Below are positions 1 through 10,300 of a stretch of 18,243 nucleotides of DNA, in pieces. Location: contig JBHGNT010000657.1 of NCBI GenBank assembly GCA_043228905.1, forward strand, positions 1 to 18,243, in the 5' to 3' direction. The translations under genes were made by a program, and so were the position numbers. Numbering within the stretch: position 1 is the stretch's first letter; each line of letters begins with the position of its first letter. The DNA is from Azolla caroliniana (lineage: Eukaryota; Plantae; Polypodiophyta). The notes below the pieces were generated by a model that saw nothing but the letters and a program-made list of their open reading frames with translations, made no database searches and had not been told where the DNA came from.

Positions 1-1918
1 CCTTTACGATAATTTCATCGTGGATATTATGACTACTATATGATGACTTTATTGTACCACAAGCTTTCAAAGAACAAAGCATCGTGATAGGATCTGGAGA
101 TATGCCTTCTACTTGTATCTCTAACAGGCAGTTACAACATATCCAGCAATCAGTGAATTCCATGTAACAATGTCTCGAGCAGTTAGAGTGTCTAGTATAT
201 CTAATGCATCTACAAGCATGCCATACTTCGAATATATATCCACTAGAACGTTTCCAATGAAAACATTTGAGTCAAAACCTTCCTTCATAATCCCAGCATG
301 TATTTGTTGCCCTTTGTCAATCGCTCCAATACTAATACAAGCTTTTTGACAGCATTGGGAATAAACCCTTCAAGTTGCATTTGTTTCAAGTGCTCCAAAG
401 CTTTCTCACCAAGGCCCTCTTCAGCATATCCAGCAATCAAAGTTGTCCACGAAACTTCGTCTCGCACAGACATATTACCAAACACAACTTGTGCTTCACC
501 AAGATATCCACATCACACGTACATATCAATGAGACTGTTTGCCACTAGGAGGTCTGTTTCAAGGGCCAATAGAGACACCTCATTGTGCAAATGGAGACTT
601 TGGAAATATCTCCTTGAGCACTACAAGATTTCAAGGCACAAACAATTGTAATTGGGTTAGGGTGCACTCTGTCTAGGTGCATTTCATGGAAACAATTGAG
701 TGCTTCTTTCCCAAGACCACACTAAATGTATCCATTAATCAAAGTATTCCAATACATGACATCCCGGAGAGGATGTCCTCTTAGTACCTCATGTGCTTCC
801 TGAAGTGAACCACATTTCGCATATAAATCCACCAATGTATTTCTTAAATAAGGATATTTCTTAAGCACTTCTTTGGGAATCATTGAATGCAATTCTCTCC
901 CCTTATCAAAAATCTTGATAGCACCACATGCCCTCAAGCAGTAGAGGTATGTGACACCATCAGGCAGAATATGTTCGGATTGCATTTGTTCAAAACAAAC
1001 TAAAGCTTCTTGCATGAACCCACTTTCGACATAGCCTGAAATGAGGGCATTCCATAGCTCAATGTTTTGGATGGGTGAGCTATTAAATACCTTATATGCG
1101 ACCGTTCCAACAATCCACACCTAATATACATATCCACCAATGAGCTTCAAAGAGAGAGATTTACCTCTATACCATTCTTTATTATCTTTGCGTGCATTTT
1201 CCATCCACATTCTATATCTCTACTTATGTTGAGACCTTGGATGCAATTGTATGTGATCACATCAGATACTGCATTCGATACTTCCATTTTCTCAAAACAA
1301 TTCAATGCGTCAATAAAGAAGCCACGCTCTATGTAACCTGAATCAATGCAGTCAATGAGACCATATCTGGGCATGGAAGCTGATCAAAAGATTCTAGAGC
1401 TTTCTCAAAACACCCACATTTTGCATACATATCGATGAGAGTATTGCCAAGGAAAATGTCTAGAGATAGCCCATTATCAGTCATTTCAACATGCAATTCT
1501 TGAACTTTATCAATGCATTTCGAACGATCGCAAGTTTTTAGCAAAGTCATGTAGGTGAACCTACTCAGAGAAACAGAGTAGTCTTGCATAGTTTCATATA
1601 AAAACAAGGCATGATCAGCTTTCCATTATCAATATATGCTTCAATAAGAGAGGTACAACAAAACTCATTTCAAACCAAAATCTGATCAAAATCTTGTTGG
1701 GCATCAAGAATGCTACCACATTCAACAAAAATAGGAACTACACGATTTCCTATTATGATATGTGTTTTGATACCATATTCACACTTCACATGGACATACC
1801 TTGCATAAGATAGATCTTTCTTTCTTCTGCTCTGTTGAATGATTTCTATTGAGCTATTTATAGACGGAACTTGGTCACACAAAGAAGATGAAAGCACTGT
1901 CTCCTTTGGTTTCAGCAT
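1..1918 (-). pseudogene. Degenerate PLS-class pentatricopeptide repeat (PPR) gene; continues past the left edge
   Basis: Successive minus-strand ORF fragments (1670-1918, 1329-1607, 1147-1374, 722-1120, 285-485) and my own translation of 1-300 (HAGIMKEGFDSNVFIGNVLVDIYSKYG...DIVTWNSLIAGY) show repeating P-L-S motifs: GNTLIDMYAKCG, WNALISGYVESG..EALVCFEQMQ, PDGVTYLYCLRACG...GRELH. Many frameshifts, stops and small deletions, too short to be introns. No E/DYW domain is visible in the window. Confidence 0.9.
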
Positions 1919-2109
1919 TTCCCAATAAATAGGTCTTCCATACAGAACAACCCCATGCAGATTATGACTGCATTTTCTTATACATGAAGGAAAACGGAGC
2001 TATAAGTCTCACACTAGAATGCAAACGGGAATCTTTCTAGAAACTAATTTTCTCATGCACAAACAAATGCTTTTTGACCAAGCACATATCTTCGAAATGC
2101 ATTAAGAAA

Positions 2110-3323
2110 TATATTTCAAAGCAAAATTGATTTGATAAAAATGCCGTGAAACTCCAAAGTGCCTTATGATTTTGGATGTAGTCAAGGATAAAAAAGTTTA
2201 TCAAAAGCATTTGCATGAGTACAAAAAGCGTATTCAAAGACAGAGAAGAATATGGGAAGCTACTCAACAATTTTTTCTCAAAACACTAGAAAAAGCACAT
2301 GTACGTGCTAAATTTGGGGAAATGTAAAAGGGGAAACGTGTTGAGAATTGTGGTGACTTAACTCTTCTTGACTTGTCTATGAATTGTAAGAATTTATATG
2401 AGCTATCTTTTGCTGGAAAGATGATGTGTTATGGTTCTCTTTCACATATGTCTTCCTCCTTTACAATTGAAGGTATAAGTGTAATACTTAAGAAATTGGC
2501 CTCTCAAAAGGTAAGTGATATTCAATGTATAAAGGTTGAAACACTCAAACAGAAACACATGCATGGATAAGTTCTCACCATGGGATATTATATAGTCATG
2601 CCCGTAACACTTAATGATTAGACTACAAATTGGATCAAACCTTTAACTAAAGATGGAGATGTAAATAATGTAAACAATTATCGAACCATCAAGGTTGGCT
2701 CACTAATGGTAAAACTATTTGGATGTATAATGGAATCAAAGGTAAGACTTGCATGGGCTAAAAAAATGGTAAGAAAGCTTTATGGGCAAGTTCGCTTTCG
2801 AAAACACCGTAGCACCATCGATCAAATTGTCACCCTTCGAGTATTAATGGAGAAAAGTTGCTTGAGAGGTAAATAAAGGTTTATATTATTGCTTCATAAA
2901 CTTCAAAAAAGCTTTTCATATGGTACCTCGTAAGCATCTTTGGAGCCAAATGGAAGAACTCAAGATGCCAAGTGAATATATGCTTGTAATTTCCCAAATC
3001 TATGAGAAGGTTATACGTATGGTGATAGATGTTCAAATTTTTTCAATAGCACTATTGGTGTTAAGCAAGGATCCTCACTCTTACCAACTCTATTTGGTCT
3101 ATGCCTTGATGAATTGGAAGAAATAGTTGCCAAGTTTGTCAAGGAAGAAGGCATTAAAGAAGTTGCCATTGAGAATGTAGTCATCATGCTTTTGTTATAT
3201 GTGGATAATGTAGTGCTTTTTGCAAATACTTTAAGAGATGCACAAAATCTTATGAAGGCATTGGAAAATATTTGCATGCATACTAAATTAAGTGTCAATA
3301 GCTCTTAAACAAATAGTATGCTT
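2110..3323 (+). mobile_element. Decayed non-LTR retrotransposon (RTE/RTEX-like LINE), ORF2 linker and RT, 5' part
   Basis: Broken reading frames give recognisable LINE RT motifs in order: N*FDK.CRE (~2125), FTIEGI..LKKLASQK..DIQ, WIKPLTKDGDVNNVNNYRTI (~2631), GQVRFRKHRSTIDQIVTLRVLMEK, CFINFKKAFHMV (DFxKAFD), GVKQGSSLLPTLF (GVxQGCPLSP), LLYVDNVVLFA (YADD), LSVNSS*T. The 5' boundary is approximate and the clade call is tentative. Confidence 0.85.
3308..3323 (+). repeat. 16-bp target-site duplication, left copy (right copy 3873-3888)
   Basis: AACAAATAGTATGCTT is identical at both positions. Confidence 0.95.
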
Positions 3324-3872
3324 TTCTTTTTTTTTCTTTAAAGAAGGTTCACCTTGGTATTAATGGAAAGATGCCAAAAGGCTACAACGAATTCAATATA
3401 TTACAATTGTTATATCCACATCAACCAGAATGTCAAGTATCACAAGCCCTCATGGAAGTTGTTCCAAGACGGGGGATGGAAAAAGTCATCTTAGTGGAGC
3501 ATATCTCCACTTTATTCTTTCTCCAAAAGAGATGAAAACCTCAGCGTTTTTCCAAATTTCTTGATACTGTTGTTGTCTACGAATCACGACCTCATGCTCA
3601 CCAGTTATTGCATCATATTGACCTCTTAAAGTGTGTACAAGCATTAACCATACCTCTTTGACTAAGTCAACCGCATTCTATTTAACTTTTTGAAATACAC
3701 ATTTACATCTAGCCTTCCACAATACCCAAACGACTAGAGAAGATATCGTAGACCAGACCATATCCTCTTCCAAACAACGAACTGATGTAATATCTGAGAT
3801 CTCCAATATATGTCTCCCATCGGAGAGGAGAAGGAACTCACCATACTCCTTTTCATAGTTTTGAATTTCCTT
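3324..3872 (-). mobile_element. 5'-truncated 3' end of an L1/Tx1-type LINE inserted antisense into the older LINE
   Basis: Flanked by the 16-bp direct repeat AACAAATAGTATGCTT (3308-3323 and 3873-3888). The T-rich tract at ~3322-3339 is a poly(A) tail on the minus strand. The minus-strand peptide VWSTISSLVVWVLWKARCKCVFQ matches the W..IWK.RN...F motif of plant L1 ORF2 C-termini. Removing the insert rejoins the host LINE as LSVNSS*TNSMLVK. Confidence 0.85.
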
Positions 3873-3888
3873 AACAAATAGTATGCTT

Positions 3889-4396
3889 GTGAAGGGAAAA
3901 AGGCGATAAACCATATTATGCATTTGAGGACGCATGCAACTATGGAGAAATTAAGCGTGGGTCCTCAAGAAATACGTTTTTGACACTTTGGTGACACCAA
4001 TGTTTCTCTATAGGGTGGAAGTATGGGGTGCTAGCATCCCTAAAGTTACTTGGAAAGAGTTTAAAAATGTCAAAAAGCATTTTCTTACAAAGTTGAGAAA
4101 CAAACTCCACACCCTCCTCCTACTTGAGATGGGATCACTTCCCATTGAGATAATGGCCATTGAAAGGATTGTTGAACACATCAATTTCCTAGAATCGCAT
4201 GGGAAGTAAGCAAAAAGAACCAATGACGCATAAAAGCAAAATGTTGTGTTCTTATTAGATGCAATATATGAAAAAATAGTTTGGTAGATGGGAAGCAACA
4301 CAATTGCTTCATGATGCATCACTAGATTCCTTTGTAAATGAAGCCTTCTTGCAACACCAATGTATCATGACATGGGAAAAATGTGGAGGCTCACAT
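3889..4396 (+). mobile_element. Decayed RTE-like LINE, 3' part (post-RT region)
   Basis: TLVTPMFLYRVEVWG...LLLEMGSLPIE resembles the LVxPxLLYGxEVWG thumb/C-terminal motif of RTE/CR1-type ORF2 and is colinear with 2110-3323. The right boundary is approximate. Confidence 0.75.
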
Positions 4397-4408
4397 TATC
4401 ACGTACGT

Positions 4409-5208
4409 TGTCGTGAAGAAAACCGTCTATAGGCGGAATCGGCGCACCAAGGCGTGGGAACCGGTTCTTCACGCGCGCACGCTCCGAGTTGTACATAGAA
4501 ACGAATTGAGAGGATAATCGGCAGGAACGGGCCCTAACTCAAGTGGAGACAAAGACCGCGCGAACAGTCTTTTCGGTCGCGCGCGCGAACTGTACGAGTC
4601 GGCGGCGTAACTACGCGGATCCGTGAAAAACGGAGCGGATCCCTGTCCAAAAGGGACAGGGAATAAAGCTGACACGACGGCCTGTTCGTCGGCCTATATA
4701 AGGAGCGGGAAAGAGCTGTTGCAGGGATCTGGCGCGGAGAGGACGAAGTGCTGTCGGACCGTTTCTGGACGCTTCGCTCTCTCTGTTTCCTTCCTTCTTG
4801 AGCTCCAAAGCTTTCTGTGCAGGGTTCCGGGGAGGCTCGCGCTGTTTCGAGGAACGCCCGAGTGCTTCCGGCAGCACCTCCGACCTGCTACCCCCCCCCC
4901 ATTTCCCCGTTTGTGCGTCGAAGCGAACAGGCATCGGCATCTGTTCGCCAACCTGTTCGGTTGCAACCAACCTGTGCCCCATCGGGGGTTGTAGTCGTGT
5001 TAGCCATTTTGTTAATACACATATTTAGTCATTCGCATCCGTCTGTGTCGATGTCTGTTCGCGTTCTCCGTGCTGAAGGGCCGTGTCCCTGTGTATCCCC
5101 GGTCCTGCGTAGCCGGTTCTCTCTCTTTCTCCTCCCTCGCTTGCTCTTTGGTTCGAGACCCCCGCGGTCCCGCCTCTATTCCACACGCACTTGCGTAATA
5201 TCTCGACA
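4409..5208 (+). repeat. Gypsy 5' LTR (800 bp)
   Basis: Direct repeat of 16731-17530 at offset 12322. I see only two differences (4950 A vs 17272 G; 5051 A vs 17373 G). Termini TGTCGTGA / TCTCGACA form a 7/8 inverted repeat. Confidence 0.97.
4695..4701 (+). promoter_or_regulatory. Putative TATA box of the gypsy LTR (second copy 17017-17023)
   Basis: CCTATATAAGG lies within an otherwise GC-rich LTR, upstream of CT-rich sequence typical of R/U5. Confidence 0.65.
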
Positions 5209-5212
5209 TCTT

Positions 5213-5230
5213 TGGTGAACCCGACGTGAA
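5213..5230 (+). other. Gypsy primer-binding site complementary to tRNA-Trp
   Basis: TGGTGAACCCGACGTGAA, 4 nt after the LTR, is the reverse complement of the plant cytosolic tRNA-Trp 3' end as I recall it (...UUCACGUCGGGUUCACCA). Confidence 0.85.
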
Positions 5231-5252
5231 AGAGGCGTCAGAAGAGCAGAAG

Positions 5253-7379
5253 ATGAGGGGGTCGGATCTCGCAGAGGCCATGGCTTCGGCCGTGGATCGG
5301 ATCGTAAACGCGCGCGAGGGTACCGGTGCCCTCGACAGAGCTATTGAGGCGGTCGTCGGCACGATCGGCCGGTTCGATGGGAGGGATGCCACGAAGTATC
5401 TGGCGTCCTACGGTGCAGAAATGTTGATGCGGGACATTCCGGAAGAAAGGCGTCTTGCCGGTTTTCCCCGAGTGGCAATGCCGAGCATCCATGCGGAGGT
5501 GCTCGAGGTGCGGGCGGAGAGCCGTACCTGGGAGGAGTTCGAAGGTCGGCTCCTAGAGAAATACGGGCTGGACGACGCGCTCCGGCTTTCGAAGCGAAGG
5601 TTCATGGAATGGGTGGAGTCCCCGGGGAAGGGAAGAAACGCGTCGGCACTCCTCCGGGAGTTCGAGGAAAACTTTGCGCGCCTTTCGGCGCTCGACCGAA
5701 CCATCCTGGACACGAGCCGGGTCTTGCTGTTTGTCAAGTCGGTCGACGAGCGGGATCGGGAGCAAGTGGGCCTCTTGCTGGAAACCGAAGACGGGCTCAC
5801 TACCGACTGGGCGGCTGTCAGGAAGGTCTGTGGCCGTTTCGACAAACGGCGAGAATGGGCGGATAACGGGGCGACTGGGTCGGGCTCGGTCGCAGCAAGG
5901 AAGCTCGAACCAGCGCCACAGGTGCGCAAGGAAGAGACCCGGGAGTGGTTGGAAACCGGTTCGGCTTCGACCGGCGTAGTCAGAGGCTCAACCGGAGGAG
6001 CGGCGCTGGAGGAATTGACGAAGGCGATAAAGGACCTCCAAATCGCGCAGGCCCGAAGGGAAGGAGGCGAACCGGCTCGTGACCGACGGCCGGCGGCAGG
6101 AAACAGGTGCATGTGGTGCGATGAAGTCGGCCACGTTCGGAAGGACTGCGGCGACTTCGCGGAGGCGCTGAGGGACCGGGTGGTGTACCTGTGGGAAGGA
6201 CGGGTGCATGCCAGCGACACCCGAAGGGCCCTGAGCCGAAACGACGGAAAGGGTGGTATGAAAAGGTTGATGGAAGAGGCGGCGGCCCGACACGCGGAAA
6301 CCGTCCACTACTCGGCGTCGGCCGGCATTCGAGTCGGGGGCGGCGAGGCCCGAAAGGAAAGCAAAGCCGGATTCTGGCCGACGATGCTGGAAGGCCTTGC
6401 CGGTGCAGGGCTTAAAAGGGAGGAATCGGACCGTGCGGAGAAACGGGTACGGGAGATGACCGGGTGGAGCGACCCGGTCGAGGAAAGGACGGGCTTCGTG
6501 GAAGCCGCTTGCCGGAACTACGAGGCTCTGGTAGAAGAGAAGCGGGTGGGAAAACCCGGGACGACCGGGCCCTCACAACGATACGAGACCCGGTCCGGGC
6601 CACGACGGGACGAAGCCGGCAGGGCCGGTACGCAAGATAAACCCCAGAAGGGCGGGTACCGTCTGGGGACGGAGATAGAAAGAACCACGGACTTACGAAA
6701 GGTCCTGGAGGAACGGATCCTCGACAGCAAGGTGGAGCTGTCGCTACGGGAGGTGCTTGGAATCGCCAAGAAGGAGTTCCACGACTCCATCGTGGACTTG
6801 GTGAAACGGAAGAGGCTGTCAACGGAGACAGAACCGGAAAGACCGGTGGAAGTGCGGACGACGCACCTAGACGACATGGCGCTGGGAGACGAGTGGGCGG
6901 AAAGCCACTATTCGAGACCGCACTGGGCCCGAGCGACCACGGAAACCCCGGTGAAGATCGGCGATGTCCAGGAACCGGTGATAGCTTTGGTGGACCACGG
7001 ATCGGAGATCAATTTGATGTCCATGGACTTCTATAAGAAGGGCAAATGGCCGATCAACACCAAGCACGGGTGGAAAATAAGGGCAGCAACGCGCGCCACC
7101 GAGGAACTGCACGGGGCCTGTCCGAATGTGCGAGTCAAGATCGGCGACGTCGAGATTGACCAGCACTTCTTCGTGCAGGAGACGTCTTCGCATCCGGTCA
7201 TACTGGGAGAGCCGTACATCACGGCGGCGCGAATGGAGACCAAGGTGCTGGACAATGGTTCGGCCTATGCGCGGGTCAAGAGCCAGGACGGCCGCCATTC
7301 GGTCCAGTTTTTGACGGTTAGGCCGAACCACGAGCGTAACCGCGACTCCCTCGGTTCCGATAACCGAGAGGATTTTTAG
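5253..7379 (+). CDS. gag: Gypsy ORF1: Gag plus aspartic protease (708 aa from ATG 5253; alternative ATG 5280)
   Basis: Uninterrupted ORF. CCHC zinc knuckle CMWCDEVGHVRKDC (6108-6149). Protease-like ALVDHGSEINLMS...HPVILGEPY (DHG at 6993-7001). The GTG start at 5226 in the ORF track lies inside the PBS and is unlikely to be used. Confidence 0.9.
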   Translation: MRGSDLAEAMASAVDRIVNAREGTGALDRAIEAVVGTIGRFDGRDATKYLASYGAEMLMRDIPEERRLAGFPRVAMPSIHAEVLEVRAESRTWEEFEGRLLEKYGLDDALRLSKRRFMEWVESPGKGRNASALLREFEENFARLSALDRTILDTSRVLLFVKSVDERDREQVGLLLETEDGLTTDWAAVRKVCGRFDKRREWADNGATGSGSVAARKLEPAPQVRKEETREWLETGSASTGVVRGSTGGAALEELTKAIKDLQIAQARREGGEPARDRRPAAGNRCMWCDEVGHVRKDCGDFAEALRDRVVYLWEGRVHASDTRRALSRNDGKGGMKRLMEEAAARHAETVHYSASAGIRVGGGEARKESKAGFWPTMLEGLAGAGLKREESDRAEKRVREMTGWSDPVEERTGFVEAACRNYEALVEEKRVGKPGTTGPSQRYETRSGPRRDEAGRAGTQDKPQKGGYRLGTEIERTTDLRKVLEERILDSKVELSLREVLGIAKKEFHDSIVDLVKRKRLSTETEPERPVEVRTTHLDDMALGDEWAESHYSRPHWARATTETPVKIGDVQEPVIALVDHGSEINLMSMDFYKKGKWPINTKHGWKIRAATRATEELHGACPNVRVKIGDVEIDQHFFVQETSSHPVILGEPYITAARMETKVLDNGSAYARVKSQDGRHSVQFLTVRPNHERNRDSLGSDNREDF

Positions 7380-10300
7380 AGAGGGCTGCCAAGGCGTGGG
7401 GCCGCGACAGTCCGGACACCCCGGGAAAACCCCACACCTGTACGATAAAACCGAAGAAACCTTGTACCATAGGTAGGGAATTTTTGTTCTCCGACAGCGG
7501 AGCATGTGCGATGGTCGGCATCGCCGGCCGAGAGAAAACAAAGACGGAGGCGAGACTTCGAGCGTGCGGAGTTCTCGGCCCGGACGAGGAAATCAACGGA
7601 GCCGTGGAGGCGGTCTCATTCGACGACACCTTGGGAATGCTGGGAAAGGTAGTCGAAGAAGGCCTTAACGACAACCGGACGATACCGGTGTGTTCCGAGG
7701 AGATGTACGAAGTCATCGCGGACTTCGGTCGAGGGCTCGAGTCAGTTCGGACGGCCCACGTAAACACCAAGTACAAGACTGTGGACCGGAAGGTAAGGCC
7801 AGTAGCGGCACCCTTACCGGAGGACAGCGCGTCGAGAATCAAAGGGGTTGCATCAGACCCTAGTCTACGAGATCCGGCCTGCATAGGGCACACCTTCACT
7901 GACGAGACGCTCCGAGAGCTCAAAATCGGTGGGGGCGGGTTCCTACTGCCGGCGGAGGAAGACCGGTTTCGGAGAATGCTCGGAAGGCACGGGAAAGCCT
8001 TCGCATTCTCGCCGGAGGAAATCGGGTGCGTTGACCCGACGATCGTGGAGCCGATGGTGATATTCACGGTACCGCATGTACCATGGAATCTCAAGCCAAT
8101 CCCGGTTCCGAGAGCTCACATCCCGAAGTTGATGAAGCTGCTGAGGCAGAAAGTTGATATGGGAATTCTCGAGCCGTCGAGCGCCCCATATTCGAATCGA
8201 TGGTTTACCGTACCGAAGAAAAACGGTTCGCTGCGCTTCATCCAGGACCTGCAGCCGGTCAATCGAGTGACCATTCGGAACGCAGGAATCGGACCGACCA
8301 TAGACGAGTTCGCGGAGGCCTTCGCCGGAAGGTCAATTTACTCGGTCGGGGATCTATACTCAGGGTACGACCAGTTCCAGCTGGCCGTGGAGAGCAGAGA
8401 CCTTACGACGATGCGAACTCCCCTCGGCCTAGTTCGGATGTGTACACTGCCGCAAGGAGGGACCAACTCGGTGGCCCACATGGTGAATGCGATGAACAAG
8501 GTTCTGAGGGACTGTGTCCCGGACATTACCATGCCGTTTCTGGACGACATCCCGATCAAGGGATGCCCGGTGGAAGAAAAGGACGAGACGATCGGGCCGG
8601 ACGGATGCCGGCGATTCGTGGCGACGCACGTCGACGACTGCGAGAAGGTGCTGCAAAGGCTAGAGGATGCGAGACTCACCTTCTCCGGGGAGAAGTCGGC
8701 CTTCGGGCAGTCAGAAATCATGGTGGTCGGACACCTGTGCGGACCATATGGCCGGAAACCGTCTCCGGCGAAGGTAGAAGCCATCTCCGCGATGAAGCCC
8801 GACTGCAGCTCGGTCACGGAAGTACGGAGATTCCTGGGGGCATGCGCGTTCTACCACATATGGATCCCGCATTACGCACACGTCGCGGAGCCACTGTACG
8901 GGTTGCTGAAAAAGGGGCGAAGGTTCGAATGGCTAGACAAGCACGCGGAATCGGTCCGGAAGCTGAAAGAGGCCCTTGCAGCGGCACCGGCACTCCGGAA
9001 GGCGGTTTACGGGAAGGGTACCCCGGTATTCATAACGGTGGATACCAGTCCGACCGGGATCGGATGGGTCGTGAACCAGGAAGACGAGGACGGCAATCGG
9101 TTTCCGATCCGATTCGGCGCGAAAGTCCTCAGTGAACGGCAGCGAGGGTACGCCCAGGTTAAACGCGAACTCTGGGGTATTGTTTCGGCGGTTAAGGCCG
9201 ACAAAGACTACCTGATAGGGACGGAAGTGATCATCGAGATGGATTGCCTGCCGATTCTCGGTATGGTTTCCGGATGCGCGACTCCGGACCTGGCGATGCT
9301 CAGGTGGATAGCGTACATCAAGTCCCTGGACCCGGAAATACGACACATTTCCGGGAAAGACAACGCCATGGCCGACATGCTTTCGAGGGCGAGGTACGAC
9401 GATGAGGGCGGCATGGTTTCGGAAGACGAAGAAGTCGGCGTGGATTTCTTCGAGGCGGCATACATAACGACCGACGGGATGAGCACTCCGGCGCTTAACG
9501 AGTTCGACGCGAGCAAGTACGACGGGGAATGGCTGCAGATCGGCGGGTTTTTGAAGACGATGACGCCCGATGCGTCATGGACGAAGGACGAGGCCAACCG
9601 GATCCGGAAGAAAGCATATCGATTCTTTCTCCGAGATGGGCATCTATGGAAGCACCCGAAGAAGAGGGACGGCGTCCCGCTCCGAGTGGTGGCGATGAAG
9701 GAAGAGCAGGAGGAGCTACTGGCGGCCTACCACGACAGCCCTTGGGCTGGACACCGTGGAACGTGGGCGACGTTTGAGAAGCTGAAGGGAAAGTACTGGT
9801 GGCCGGGATTGTACCGGGACGTGCATCGGTTCGTGTCAACTTGCGAGAGTTGTCAGATGCACTCGATAGTCCGACACCGGGACGGGCTTCACCCTACGTA
9901 CCCTCCGACTATCCACTTCAAATGGATGGTAGATCTGGTGACGATGCCGATGGGGGTAGGACAGATGCGGTATCTGGTCCTAGCGCGGGAAGACCTGACG
10001 AACCAGGTGGAAGGCCGAGCCCTTCAGAACAAGACGACCGCGGCCGTGTGTCGGTTCCTAGTCGAGGACGTGATATGCCGGTACGGGTGCGTCGGGAAGA
10101 TCGTGGCTGACCGAGGGGAGTTGGACGCCGAAGAGGCCGCGGAGCTGTTCGACCGGCTTGGAGTCAAGCTCTCGCTCACCACTGCGTACAATCCGGAGGC
10201 GAATGGAAAGGTGGAGCGCGGACACGGACCGATCGTCAAGGCGTTGATTCGGGCATGCGGAGGCCAAGTCGGTAACTGGCCGCGGCTGCTACCTTATGCT

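Noticed and set aside
298-651. Plus-strand 117-aa ORF
   Set aside because: It is the antisense shadow of the PPR pseudogene.
4447-4458. CCAAGGCGTGGG shared between the gypsy U3 and the frameshift loop (7389-7400)
   Set aside because: An unconstrained 12-mer match somewhere in 18 kb is expected by chance, and being a direct repeat it cannot base-pair.
4469-5218. ORFs duplicated in both LTRs (also 10910-11325 and 15846-16261)
   Set aside because: They are identical only because the LTRs are duplicated. They cross homopolymer or (GA)n tracts and show no protein features.
7484-7486. TTG start of the 1050-aa pol ORF
   Set aside because: The frame is open from 7364 and overlaps ORF1 at a slippery site. 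A TTG start is an artefact of the ORF caller.
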